DNA of 64,000 nt from Squalus acanthias (taxonomy: Eukaryota). Below are positions 23,717 through 36,265 of this stretch, piece by piece. The stretch lies in contig CM059440.1 of assembly GCA_030390025.1 (NCBI GenBank), positions 69,998,001 to 70,062,000 of the forward strand, given 5' to 3'. A model generated the notes under the pieces. That model was given only the letters and a program-made list of their open reading frames with translations. It did not search any database and was not told where the DNA came from. Numbering within the stretch: the first letter of the stretch is position 1; every line of letters starts with the position of its first letter. The position numbers and the translations under genes were made by a program.

Positions 23717-24321
23717 TTTTAAATAAATCTGTTGGACTATAACCTGGTGTTGTGCGACTTCTCATTTTTGTCCACCCCAGTCCAACACCGGCATCTCCGC
23801 ATCTTGAAAGTACACAGTCATGATACCTTGTGCACACAGTGGAACCATGCCTATCCCCCGAGATCCCTCAACTGGGTGAGCAAAAAATGAACCCCAAAAT
23901 TGTTTTGTATAATTAAAAAAAACAATGAAGCCTGTATTAACTGATCATGTTTAGGGCCTAGTTGTTCATGAAGCAGTAGGTGAGCACACTTACACACTGC
24001 ATTAAAGAATGGTGAGATGTCAATGTTATGGTTTGGCTGCTTCCCAACACTTTTGTCTTTGGTCACAATAATAAGACAGTTTCTATATTCAGACCAAGTC
24101 TCTTGTGCCCTTAAACATGCCTTTTATGGGTTAGTTTGCCCAGGTTTAACAATCAACATCCAACTCCTTTATATAGTTCACTGGGAATCACATGGGATGC
24201 CCACCTTATTCTCCAGTCTCCCCTAAAAGGTGGCATCTACCATGCCATCAGACCAATGTGTACAAGCTAAAACTATTAGTTAGATTTATCTATGGGTTAA
24301 TTAATATGTAGAAGCCAAAGA

Positions 24322-26210
24322 CAGGGCTAAGCGATCCCACAATCAACGGATCAGATCAAAGCTCTGCAGTCCTGTCACATTCAGTCGTGAATGGTGGTGG
24401 ACAATTAAACATCTAACGGGAGGAGGAGGCTCCATGAATATCCCCATCCTCAATGATGGTGGAGCCCAGTACATGAGTGCAAAAGACAAGGCAGAAGCAT
24501 TTTCAACCATCTTCAGCCAGAAGTGCCGAGTGGATGATCCATCTCGGCCTCCACCTGAGGTCACCACCACCACAGAAGCCAGTCTTCAGCCAGTTCGATT
24601 CACTCCACGTAATATCAAGAAACGACTGAGTGCACTGGATACAGCAAAGGTTATGGGCCCCGACAACATCCCGGCTGTCGTGCTGAAGAATTGTCCTCCA
24701 GAACTAGCCGCGCCTCTAGCCAAGCTGTTCCAGTACAGCTACAACACTGGCATCTATCCGATAATGTGGAAAACTGCCCAGGTATGTCCTTTCCACAAAA
24801 AGCAGGACAAATCCAATCCGGCCAATTACCGCCCCATCAGTCTACTCTCAATCATCAGCAAAGTGATGGAAGGTGTCCTCGACAGTGCTATCAAGCAGCA
24901 CTTACTCACCAATAACCTGCTCACTGATACCCAGTTTGGGTTCTGTCAGGACCACTCAGTTCCAGACCTCATTACAGCCTTGGTTCAAACATGGACCAAG
25001 GAGCTGAATTCCAGAGGTGAGGTGAGAGTGACTGCCCTTGACATCAAGGCAGCATTTGACCGCGTGTGGCATCAAGGAGCCCTAGTAAAACTGAAGTCAA
25101 TGGGAATCGGGGGTGGGGGGGGGGGGGAATTCGCCACTGGCTGGAGTCATACCTAGCACAAAGGAAGATGGTTGTGGTGGTTGGAGGTCAAACATCTCAG
25201 CCCCAGGACATCGCTGCAGGAGTTCCTCAGGGCAGTGTCCTAGGCCCAACCATCTTCAGCTGCTTCATCAATGACCTTCCCTCCAACATAAGGTCAGAAA
25301 TGGGGATGTTCGCTGATGACTGCACAGTGTTCAGTGCCATTCGCAACTCCTCAGATAATGAAGCAGTCTATGCCCGCATGCAACAAGACCTGGACGACAT
25401 TCAGGCTTGGGCTGATAAATGGCAAGTAACATTTGCACCACACAAGTGCCAGGCAATGACCATCTCCAACAAGCGAGAGTCTAACCACCGCCCCTTGACA
25501 TTCAACGGCATTACCATTGCCAAATCCTCCACCATCAACATCCTGGGGGTCACCGTTGACCAGAAACTTAACTGGACCAGCCACATAAATACTGCGGCAA
25601 CAAGAACAGGTCAGAGGTTGGGTATTCTGTGGTGAGTGTCTCACCTCCTGACTCCCCAAAGCCGTTCCACCATCTACAAGGCACAAGTCAGGAGTGTGAT
25701 GGAATACTCTTCACTTGCCTGGATGAGTGCAACTCCAACAATATTCAAGAAGCTCGACACCATCCAGGACAAAGCAGCCCGTTTGATTGGCACCCCATCC
25801 ACCACCTTAAGCATTCACTCCCTCCACCACTGGCGTACCGTGGCTGCAGTATATACCATCTACAAGATGCACTGCAGCAACTCGCCAAGGCTTCTTCGGC
25901 AGCACTTCCCAAACCCGCGACCTCTACCACCTAAAAGGACAAGGGCAGCAGGCGCATGGGAACACCACCACCTCCAAGTTTTCCTCCAAGTCACAAACCA
26001 TACTGACTTGGAAGTATATCCCGATCCTTCATTGTCGCTGGGTCAAAATCCTGGAACTCCCTCCCTAACAGCACTGTCGGAGTACCCTCAGCACACGGAC
26101 TGCAGTGATTCAAGAAGGCGGCTCACCACCACCTTTTCAAGGGCAATTAGGGATCAGCAATAAATGCTGGCCTTGCCAGCGATGCCCACATCCCATGAAT
26201 GAATTTAAAA
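24322..26210 (+). mobile_element. LINE family B, 5'-truncated, RT domain frameshifted
   Basis: NYRPISLLS, QFGF, ALDIKAAFDRVWH, GVPQGSVLGP, FADD; TSD AAGCCAAAGA at 24312-24321 and 26211-26220. Confidence 0.9.
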
Positions 26211-27497
26211 AAGCCAAAGAGTGTAGAAAGAAATAGAAACAGAAATTGCTGGAAATACTCAGCAGGTCAGGCTTCTGTGGAGACAGAAACAGAGTTAACG
26301 GCCGCGAATTTAATAGCACTCAGGGGGCGGGTTTGGAGGTGGGTCCACTGTCAAAATAGCAAAGATTGACAGCGGGTAGGAAACCCGCTGTCAACCCGCC
26401 TCCACGCGAGTCTCCCAGGTGTTGGGTCTGTCAGCGGAGAACTGACCCGACACCAAGCAGTGGGGGAGACAATTGAGCTCATTAAATGGCTTCTTAACAG
26501 CCAATTTAATACTATTTTGAGGCTTACTTCTAATTTTACGTTCTCCCCCACGGGTTACCCGCTGTTCGGGGAACACGCCAGCTCAACCTGGCATGTTTTG
26601 AGTCTGCTCTGATGTTTGTGAAAAGCTGACAGCTGCAGAAGTGGTGTCAAGGTTGCCGTGTTGCTAATGGTGAGTTTCAGAGCACAGAAAATGTTGGTTA
26701 CTGCATTTTTAATACATATAGAGATTTCTTTAGCTTACAAGTTTTTAGATCCAACTCTATGTCCAGTGCCACCTCACTGGGAGAACCTCTCTCACCATTG
26801 ACAGATCGCTTCTGTCATCTCACCTGCAGCTGCCATCTATTGCAGCAACATCGGAGCCAATGAAACAATCAGACCTTGGTCCTCCGAATCCTTCCATGAT
26901 CAGCCCCAACACCAACATCACCAACCTCATCACCAACCTTCTCCGCCATCACCTGATGCTGCACTGGACACAGGGCATCAGCCCCTGATAACATTGCTGC
27001 CTGGGAGGCCAGCGATGGCATCACCATGGCCAGATTTTCTTCACTTGACGCTGTAAACCCTGGCTGCCACATGATGCGCCAGATTGACACCATCCCACAC
27101 CAGCACCGTGAAGCATCCCTTTAATGTCCAAGCCATTCCATGCACACTCATCACTATAGTGGGGGGAGGGGGGCCGAAGTTATGACTGAACATTCACTGG
27201 AACTCAGTAAGACACTTCTCAAGGTGCGCACAAATCTGTCCAATAAGGGGCACTTTTGGAAAAAGAGATTTCACTGTATGACAGCACATTACCAGAAACT
27301 TCATATGGACATTGGCTAAACCGTTATAGTGCCTACCCTTGTGTGTTGTTACTGGTATGCTTGCAGTAGGATGAGGGTGCATGTGAGGGGTGGCTAGTGA
27401 GATTGGGAAGTGATAAAGTAGATAGAGAGGGTTGGGTGGAGGTGCAAGGTAAGTTGGTGTCCTGTGGAGATCTCTTCCACCCTTGGAAGGGAAGAGA

Positions 27498-30400
27498 ATG
27501 GGGATGTTCGCTGATGACTGCACAGTGTTCAGCACCATTCGCAACTCCTCAGATAATGAAGCAGTCCATGCCCGCATGCAACAAGACCTGGAATTCCTGG
27601 AGTGTATACGGGATGGTTTCCTGGACCAATATGTCGAGGAACCAACTAGAGATCAGGCCATCTTAGACTGGGTATTATGTAATGAGAAAGGATTAATTAG
27701 CAATCTTGTTGTGCGAGGCCCCTTGGGTCGGAGCGATCATAATATGATCGAATTCTTCATTAAAATGGAGAGTGAAGTAGTTGACTCCGAGACGAGGGTC
27801 CTGAATTTAAATAAAGGAAACTACGATGGTATGAGGCGCGAGTTGGGTAGGATTGATTGGGGAATGTCACTCAAAGGGTTGACGGTGGATAAGCAATGGC
27901 AAACATTCAAAGATCGCATGAATGAACTACAGAATTTGTTCATCCCAGTTTGGCATAAAAATAAAACAAAGAAGGTGACTCAACCGTGGCTAACAAAGGA
28001 AATTAGGGATAGCATATGATCCAAGGAGAGGACATATAAATTGGCCAGAAAAAGCAGAAAACCTGAGGATTGGGAGCAGTATAGGATTCAGCAACGAAGG
28101 ACAAAGAGATTAATTAAGAGGGGGGAAATAGAGTATGAGAGTAAGCTTGCAGGGAACATAAAAACTGACTGTAAAAGCTTCTATAGATATGTGAAGAGAA
28201 AAAGATTGGTGAAGTCAAGCGTAGGTCCCTTACAGTCAGAATCAGGGGAATTTAAAATGGGGAACAAAGAAATAGCAGACCAATTAAATACATACTTTGG
28301 TTCTGTCTTCACAAAGGAGGACACAAATAACCTCCCAGAGATGTCGGGGAACATAGGGTCTAATGAGAGGGAGGAACTGAAAGAAATCAGTATTTGTAGG
28401 GAAATAGTGTTAGGGAAATTGACGGGATTGAAGGCCGATAAATCCCCAGGGCCTGATAATCTACATCCTAGGGTACTTAAGGAAGTGGCCCTAGAAATAG
28501 TAGATGCATTGCTGGTCATCTTCCAAAATTCTACAGACTCTGGAACAGTACCCATGGATTGGAGGGTAGCTAATGTTACCCCACTATTCAAAAAAGGTGG
28601 TAGAGAGAAAACGGGGAATTATAGACCTGTAAGCCTGACATCGGTAGTGGGGAAAATGCTAGAGTCCATTATAAAAGATGTAATAGCAGAGCACTTGGAA
28701 AACAGTGACAGGATCGGACAAAGTCAACATGGATTTACAAAAGGTAAATCATGCTTGACTAATCTACTGGAATTTTTTGAGGATGTAACTGGTAAAATAG
28801 ATAAGGGAGAACCAGTGGATGTGGTGTATTTGGACTTTCAGAAGGCTTTCGATAAGGTCCCGCATAAGAGATTAGCATGCAAAGTTAAGGCACATGGGAT
28901 TGGGGGCAAGGTATTGACTTGGATAGAGAACTGGTTGGCAGACAGAAAGCAAAGAGTTGGAATAAACGGGTCTTTTTCTGAGTGGCAGGCAGTGACTAGT
29001 GGGGTACCGCAGGGATCGGTCCTGGGACCCCAGCTATTCACAATATATATTAATGATCTAGACGAGGGTATTGGATGTAATATCTCCAAGTTTGCAGACG
29101 ACACAAAGCTGGGTGGGAGTGTGTGCCGTGAGGAGGATGCCGAGAAACTCCAGTATGATTTGGATAGGTTGGGTGATTGGGCAGAAGCATGGCAGATGCA
29201 ATATAATGTGGATAAATGCGAGGTTATCCATGTTGGTGTCAAAAACAGGAAGGCAGATTATTATCTGAATGGAGATTGGGAGAAGGGGAAGTGCAACGAG
29301 ACCTGGGTGTCCTTGTGCACCAGTCACTGAAGGTAAGCATGCAGGTGCAGCAGGCGGTTAAGAAGGCAAATGGTATGTTGGCCTTCGTAGCGAAAGGGTT
29401 CAAGTACAGGAACAAGGATGTCTTGCTGCAGTTGTACAGGGCCTTGGTGAGACCACATCTTGAGTATTGTGTGCAGTTTTGGTCGCCTTATCTGGGAAAG
29501 GATGTTCTTGCCATGGAGGGAGTGCAGCGAAAATTCACCAGGCTGATACCTGGGATGGCAGGAATGACGTATGAGGAGAGATTGGGTCGATTGGGCTTAT
29601 ACTCGCTGGAGTTTAGAAGACTGAGAGGGGATCTCATTGAAACTTATAAAATTCTAACAGGACTAGACAGACTAGATGCAGGAAGGATGTTCCCGATGGC
29701 CGAGGAGTCCAGAACCAGGAGTCACAGTCTAAGGATAAGGGGTAAGCCATTTATGACTCAGATGAGGAGGAATTTCTTCACCCAGAGAGTGGTGAACCTG
29801 TGGAATTCTCTACCACAGAAGGCAGTAGAGGCCAATTCATTAAATATATTCAAGAAGGAGTTAGATATATTTCTTAAAGCTAAAGGGATCAAGGGATATG
29901 GGGAGAAGGCAGGGACAGGGTACTGAATTTGGATGATCAGCCATGATCTCATTGAATGGCAGAGCAGGCTCGAGGGGCTGAATGGCCTACTCCTGCTCCT
30001 ATCTTCTATGTTTCTATGTTTCTATGGACGACATTCAGGCTTGGGCTGATAAGTGGCAGGCAACATTTGCGCCACAGAAGTGCCAGGCAATGACTATCTC
30101 CAACAAGCGAGAGTCTAACCACCTCCCCTTGACATTCAATGGCATTACCATCGCTGAATCCCCCACTATCAACATCCTGGGGGTCACCATTAACCGGAAA
30201 CTTAACTGGACCAGCCACATAAATACTGTGGCAACAAGAGCAGATCAGATGCTAGGTATTCTGCGGCGACTGTCTCCCCTCCTGACTCCCCAAAGCCTTT
30301 CCACCATCTACAAGGCACAAGTAAGGAGTGTGATGGAATACTCTCCACTTGCCTGGATGAGTGCAGCTCCAACAACACTCAAGAAGCTCAACACCATCCA

Positions 30401-30847
30401 GGACAAAGCAGCCCGCTTGATTGGCACCCCATCCACCACCTTAAACATTCACTCCCTCCACCACCGGCGTACCGTGGCTGCAGTGTGTACCATCTACAAG
30501 ATGCACTGCAGCAACTCGCCAAGGCTTCTTCGGCAGCACCTCCCAAACCCGCAAACTCTTCCACCTAGAAGGACAAGGGTAGCAGGCGCATGGGAACATC
30601 ACCACCTCCAAGTTCCCCTCCAAGTCACACACCATCCTGACTTAGAAGTATATCGCCGATCCTTCATCGTCGCTGGGTCAAAATCCTGGAACTCCCTCCC
30701 TAACAGCACTGTGGGAGTACCCTCACCACACAGACCGCAGCAGTTCAAGAAGGTGGCTCACCACCACTTTCTCAAGGGCAACTAGGGATGAGCAATAAAT
30801 GCTGGCATTGCCAGCAACGCCCTGATCCCATAAACAAATTTTAAAAA
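27498..30847 (+). mobile_element. LINE family B 3' part, interrupted by CR1
   Basis: GMFADDCTVF...ARMQQDL | DDIQAWADKW...HHHFLKGN; A-rich tail. Confidence 0.88.
27592..30023 (+). mobile_element. CR1 LINE, 5'-truncated ORF2 (end of endonuclease + RT) with a stop and a frameshift
   Basis: PLGRSDHN, NYRPVSLTS, YLDFQKAFDKVPH, GVPQGSVLGP, KFADDTK; (TCTATGTT)n tail; TGGA at both junctions. Confidence 0.95.
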
Positions 30848-33800
30848 AGAACCTCCCTGCGCGCTGTGACTCCCTCCATAAGCATAAGGAGGGAGTCATT
30901 GGAGAGCCTGGGTGCAAGCGATCACCTTTGTGCAGTGATTGTCAGTGTTTGCTGCACCTCAATGCTGTCAAACACTGACAGAACAACTTTCACACTCCAT
31001 GTGGACGTGGTCTCTTTAAGGAAACCGGCAGATGACTCGTCATCAAATGACGTCATCAGACCCGCTTCCTGTTAATTGGCCAACAGGTTTTAAGTAAGTC
31101 TAGAAGCAGGTGAGAGGAGGGGAGGAAAGAACAAAAGGGAAGAGCTGTGATAGGGTGGAAGGCAGGAGAGATTAAATAACAAAAGGAATGATGGTGCAAG
31201 ACAAAAGGAGGTGGTAATGGGACAAGTAAAGAAACAAAACATGGGTCTAGAGGAGCTGTAAATGGCCACAACAGAACCATTACCAGTACCTGCTGTCTGG
31301 GGAAAAAATGGGAGCAGAGGTTATGACCTGAAATTGTTGAACTCAATGTTGAGTCCAGAAGGCTGTAAAGCGCCTAGCCTAATCGAAAGATGTGGTGCTG
31401 TTCCTTAAGCTTTCGTTGAGCTTCGTTTGAACAGTGTAAGACGCCAAGGACAGAGAGGTCAGAGTGGGAGTGGAGCAGAGAATTAAAATGGCAAAGCAAC
31501 TGGATGCTCAGGGTCACGTTTGCGGACTGAACGGAGGTGTTCAGCAAAGCGATCACCCAATCTGCGTTTGGTCTCCCCAATGTAGAGGAGACCACATTGT
31601 GAGCAGCAAATACAGTATATTAAATTGCAAGAAGTACAAGTAAATTGCTATTTCACCTGGAAGGAATGTTTGGGGCCCTGGATAATGGGAAGGGCAGGTG
31701 TTGCAACTTCTGCGCTTGCACGGGAAGGTGCGTGTGAAGAGGAGTGGGTGTTTGGTGTGATTGAAGAGTGGACCAGGGTGTCGCTGAGGGAACGGTCCCT
31801 TCAGAATGCTGGGAGGGGAGGGGAAGATGTGTTTGGTGCTGGTATCATGCTAGAGGTGGCGGAAATGGCAGAGAATGATCTGTTGAACGTGGAGGCTGCT
31901 GGGGTGGAAGGTGAGGACAAGGGGAACCCTATCGTGGTCTTGGGAGGGAAGGGAAGGGGTGAGAGCAGAAGTGCGGGAAATGGGACGGACACGGTCGAGG
32001 GACCTGTCAACCGTGGTGGAGGGGAATCCTTGGTTGAGGAAAAAGGACGACATGTCTGAAGCACTGGTGTGAAAGGTGGCATCGTCAGAACAGATGCAAC
32101 GGAGTCAGAGAAACTGGGAGAATGGAGTGGCGTCCTTACAGGAAGCGGGGTGGGAGAAAGTGTAATGTAGAAAGATGCTGAATCAGCATGATACTTAAAA
32201 ACAATAAAATAGGAATCCTTTGTAAGGGGTTAAAATACCCTTTGCAAGATAGCATAATCAGAGGTTTGACAATTTTGATTAGAAAACTGATCAGGCACAC
32301 TCAACAATGGAAGAATCTAAAAGTATGAAAGAAAATAATTTATATAATTGAAGGGTGCATGAGGAAGGAAGAGATTACAACCTTTCTTAAAGTTAGGTTG
32401 GTCATAAATATTTCTACAATAATGAGCAGAATACAAAAAAAACTGGTACAAAATAAGATGTGAAACTTTGTTATTATCCAGGCCAGCTTGTAGTTAATTA
32501 GCCACAGTTGTTAAGTTGTTCTAACCGTTAGCGTTCAATGGACTGTACTCTGCTTGAATCAATCAATAGAGATTTTAGCAGATCAGTCCATGTCCTGTTT
32601 TTCTGGTTCATCTTATCTCTGATGAGAAATTAATTTTCAACCCTGAATACATTAACTTTATTGTTCGTGTTTCAGCGTACATTTCCAATTACCTCGCTGA
32701 CATACATTTTTCTGGGCACCTTTGGCCTAATCTCCATAGAGTGACAACATCACAAAAATAGAATAGAGTAGCTGATCCTCGTCAGATCAGACGACTATCT
32801 TCCTCGGCATGTGTTACATTTATACAAAACTGGTATCAGCATTCAGATTGTCCAAAACTCTTATGTATTCCTCGGGAGTAGCAGATGATCTGTGACACCT
32901 GGATGACTATATTAAAGAGGACTTTTTTTTTTGGTCATCTCAGTTCAGGCAACAGCCTGTTCTTAAAAAGTCTTCTGTAGAAGAATACATTGAAATCCCA
33001 TTACCCCTCCCGAATCGATCACAGTCCACCATTCACTGGTGAACTTTCATTCAAGAGCATGGGAATTATGAAGCTAATAGTCAACCTGTGCAACAAGGGA
33101 GGCATAACTTAGAGGTAATGGTGGGCGTGCTTAGGCCAGGGATGGAGCTTCTTGCTCTCGGTCTAATCGTGCAAGGGTGGGTGCTCAGTGGCACTTTCCC
33201 AGAGGGAGAGCAGAAAGGAAGCAGTATCATGGAGTGAGTGAACCGACTTTTCCAGTTGCCAAGTGTCTGGAGGAAGGAACAAGGCAGTCATTTTCATTAT
33301 TCTTACATCCGATATATGTTAATATGGGTATGGTTAGAAGAATCATAGAAAGTTACAGAAGGAGGCCAACTGGCCCGCCATGTCTGCTAGATTTCTTTGG
33401 TTGGGGATTATAAAGTATTCACTGTCCTGTATGTATTATATCTCTTGATGTACTTGAATAGAAAGTTACTTTATCATCACTAAAAACTATTGTCAAAAAG
33501 TTTTTGGGGCATTTCTGATTAGGAAATAATTGAAAGACTTTCTCTGGAATCACTGCCTACATGACAAAATCTGTAAAAATAAGCATTCTTTAAGCTCTTG
33601 AAAGATGATACCGAGCATGACAGGCAGCGTAATATTAGCTACTCAAAGCACTTGAGACAAGCCTGGCATGTTAGGAATATGCTACTTAAAGCTGCATGTG
33701 GTGATGGGATTGCAGATGGCATCAGTCATAACATTGACCACACTAATAATGATAGACAAGTGAGAGATTTTAATAAGGAATGCCAAAGTCTTTCTCTTGG

Positions 33801-33957
33801 CGCCGCCAATTATTCTCTGTGAGCTTCTCGCCTGAAGACACTCGCATGTTTTTGCACAATTACCTCATTTACATACATCTCTCGGAACACCACTGATATA
33901 AATCCACTGAATGATGACATCATAAGACTAGAAAAGAACAGTACAGAAAGCAATTAT

Positions 33958-34630
33958 ACATAGAAATTACAACAAGGAACCAGGCGATTCAGCCTAACAA
34001 GTCCGTGTTGGCATTTATCTCCATTTAATTATCATCGCATTTACCTGCCCTATTCCCATATACCTTCAACCCCTTTCCTTCATCCATGCATGCAATATAA
34101 TCTTGAATGTTCACATAGTTTCTGTCTGAACCATTAACCCTGGCAATAAATTCCCACATCTTCACAACTCTCTGTGTAAAGAAGCTTCTAAATTTCTTGC
34201 GTTTATCTTGTATCTACGGGCCCACGTTCTTGACCCCTTAACTACTGGAAACATTCCATTTCTATCCACCCTCTCCCATCTTCTCATCATTTTAAACACC
34301 TCTATCTTATCACCCCATGATCTGTGATGTTCTAACAGAGAAACTCTTTCTTCATATTTGTATTTCCTCATACTAGGCAGCATCCTAGTAAATCTGCATT
34401 CTATACTCTCTGAAGCCTCAATATCCTTCCTGTAGTGTGGAGCCCAATAGTGCACACAGTACTCTAACTGAGGCCAAATTAAGGACTTATACAGGCTCAT
34501 TATTATGTCTTGGTTTTCATATTCTATACCTTTTGTGATTTAACGTAGAATTTAATTCGTTTTTTTTTACAACCTTATGAACCCAATGTCCTGTGATCCC
34601 CAAATCCCTTTGCTGTTCCACAGCACCGAG
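33958..34630 (-). mobile_element. Old CR1 3' fragment
   Basis: ORF 34162..34500 PQLEYCVHYWAPHYRKDI. Confidence 0.75.
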
Positions 34631-34909
34631 CCTACTTCCATCTCTTCAAAAACCAAACATTGCCCTGGTAGTGATGTACTATTGTGTTTATTTCACTGAG
34701 AATTCCCCACAGCTGCAGGGTTCATGAATAATGAATCTTTTCGTTATTTATTTCATTCATTTCCAGGTAAATTTTCCTATTTTTTGTCCCCATTTTATTC
34801 CCTGGACAACGCACCATCTGCAGCACAGAGGCCAAGCAGGGAATTCGCTCCATACCAGCTGTAAGCATAATCGCATAGTTCCAAAGATTTCCATGTGTTC
34901 AAACACAGA

Positions 34910-36123
34910 GGGCTAAAAATTCGAGGATGCTGGTAACAGTGCCGGCCAAGGCTAATGGCCGCCCGCCGAGAGAGCACAGGCAGGACCGGTATTTTGGTAC
35001 TGCCCGCTAATTAACATCAGCATAGTGTTGATTTTGTGGTGCAACGCGCACTTTCCAGCGTTGAGCTCAGCAGGAGGCCGAAGGTCGCGTCTGTCTCCCG
35101 CTTGCAGTGAAGGGGAACGGGGAAGAAAGGAGCGAACCTGTCGGCCATGTACGAAACAGTTGCCGTACTTGCTACAAAAATATTGCCTGCCACCCGATAT
35201 TTGTTGATTTTTTAAATAATTCATAAAATGAATGCATCTGCGTTCTCTGTAACACTAATCTTTCCCAATGGTTACTCTTGAAAGTGTCTAAATGTGTAGT
35301 AATTGTGCCAGCTTTTGGTGGGTCTTGCATACTCGACACAAAATAATTATTTGATAAACAATTGGTTTTGGAATTTTGAATAAATTAATTATAATTCCTT
35401 ACAATCTTAAGCAGTCGAGTCCAGATTTGCTAGGGGGTGACGTTCTGGTGACGCTATCATGAAGATAAAAGAGATCTTATCCGAAATGATCTTCAAACTT
35501 GCAATGGAGTTCGAGGCAATCTGAGGCTCTTTAGGAATTCATTTCTTTTATTTGCTGGGAATCCGCCGAGGGATTTGCAGTTTTGTGCAGGTGTTCAGTT
35601 CTGAACTAAAAGTTTGTTCCACAAGGTTTCACCCATTGATTTACTGACCCACAAACACTGTAGGCCTCCCGGAAAGCTGCCAGAAGATGCAAACCCCCTC
35701 CCCGCCCGCCCCACTGATGGGCAAAAATTGACAGTATGAAAGAAGAACCTTGGCAAACGAGGCGTTTGAAGATCCAGCCATCTGAGGTGTTTCCCACTTG
35801 TCAGCCTCCATCCTCGTATACAATCTGCCAAGTACTGCCAGATACCTCATGGCCATTAATGCTACTGAAACACTTTTAGTGGCTGCACGCACTAGCGTGC
35901 TTTAGAGAGGGCGGCAATAGGAGCAGAGAAATCCAAAATGGATGAGCGGGTATCAACTTATTACAATACTATTGGCGAGTGCAGGCAATGGCAGCGCTGC
36001 CGACTTGTCAAAAATAGCGGCGGCCACGGGTCCCTCTGGCAACGGGCGACAGTGTGGCGGCCGCCATTTTCCCCCCCGAATCTGGTGGTAATTGGTGGTA
36101 CTAAACCCCCGAATTTTTAGCCC
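34910..36123. mobile_element. Harbinger-type MITE (1.2 kb)
   Basis: TIRs GGGCTAAAAATTCG / CGAATTTTTAGCCC; TSD AGA/TGA. Confidence 0.8.
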
Positions 36124-36265
36124 TGAGTTTGAGACTCCGATATATGGCCAATCTATATATTCACACTTTGTGCATCAGAAGCATTGGCACAGTTACTCCC
36201 AATGCACTCATACACAATGTCTGAGATGTTTGGTTATTGCTCTTTTCACTGCCTACATGCATTTG

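Larger units (their letters stand above)
23287..23802 (+). mobile_element. Penelope-like family A palindromic mini-element with ~230-bp arms
   Basis: Near-perfect inverted repeat around an ~18-nt loop (~23521-23538); tail; TSD CTTGAAAGTACACA at 23273-23286 and 23803-23816. Confidence 0.9.
26300..31081 (+). mobile_element. Non-autonomous Harbinger derivative, copy 3 (right end deleted), carrying nested LINEs
   Basis: Left TIR GGCCGCGAATTT; reverse-complement match to 12842-14442; resumes at ~30848. Confidence 0.85.
26232..32165 (-). mobile_element. Penelope-like family B element, split by a ~4.8-kb nested insertion
   Basis: GIY-YIG YCICCSQCGLLYIGETKRRLGDR and HCSNEAQRKLKEQH in 31083-32165; 3' end at 26232-26299; TSD TGTAGAAAGA at 26222-26231 and 32166-32175. 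Confidence 0.85.

Noticed and set aside
28041-29330. Functional reverse transcriptase gene or novel RT system
   Set aside because: Ordinary 5'-truncated CR1 ORF2 with a premature stop at ~28017 and a frameshift at ~29270
33060-33320. Possible ancient SINE fragments (also ~41460-41610 and ~49000-49270)
   Set aside because: Only a vague resemblance to old SINE-type repeats; identity and boundaries cannot be supported without a library search
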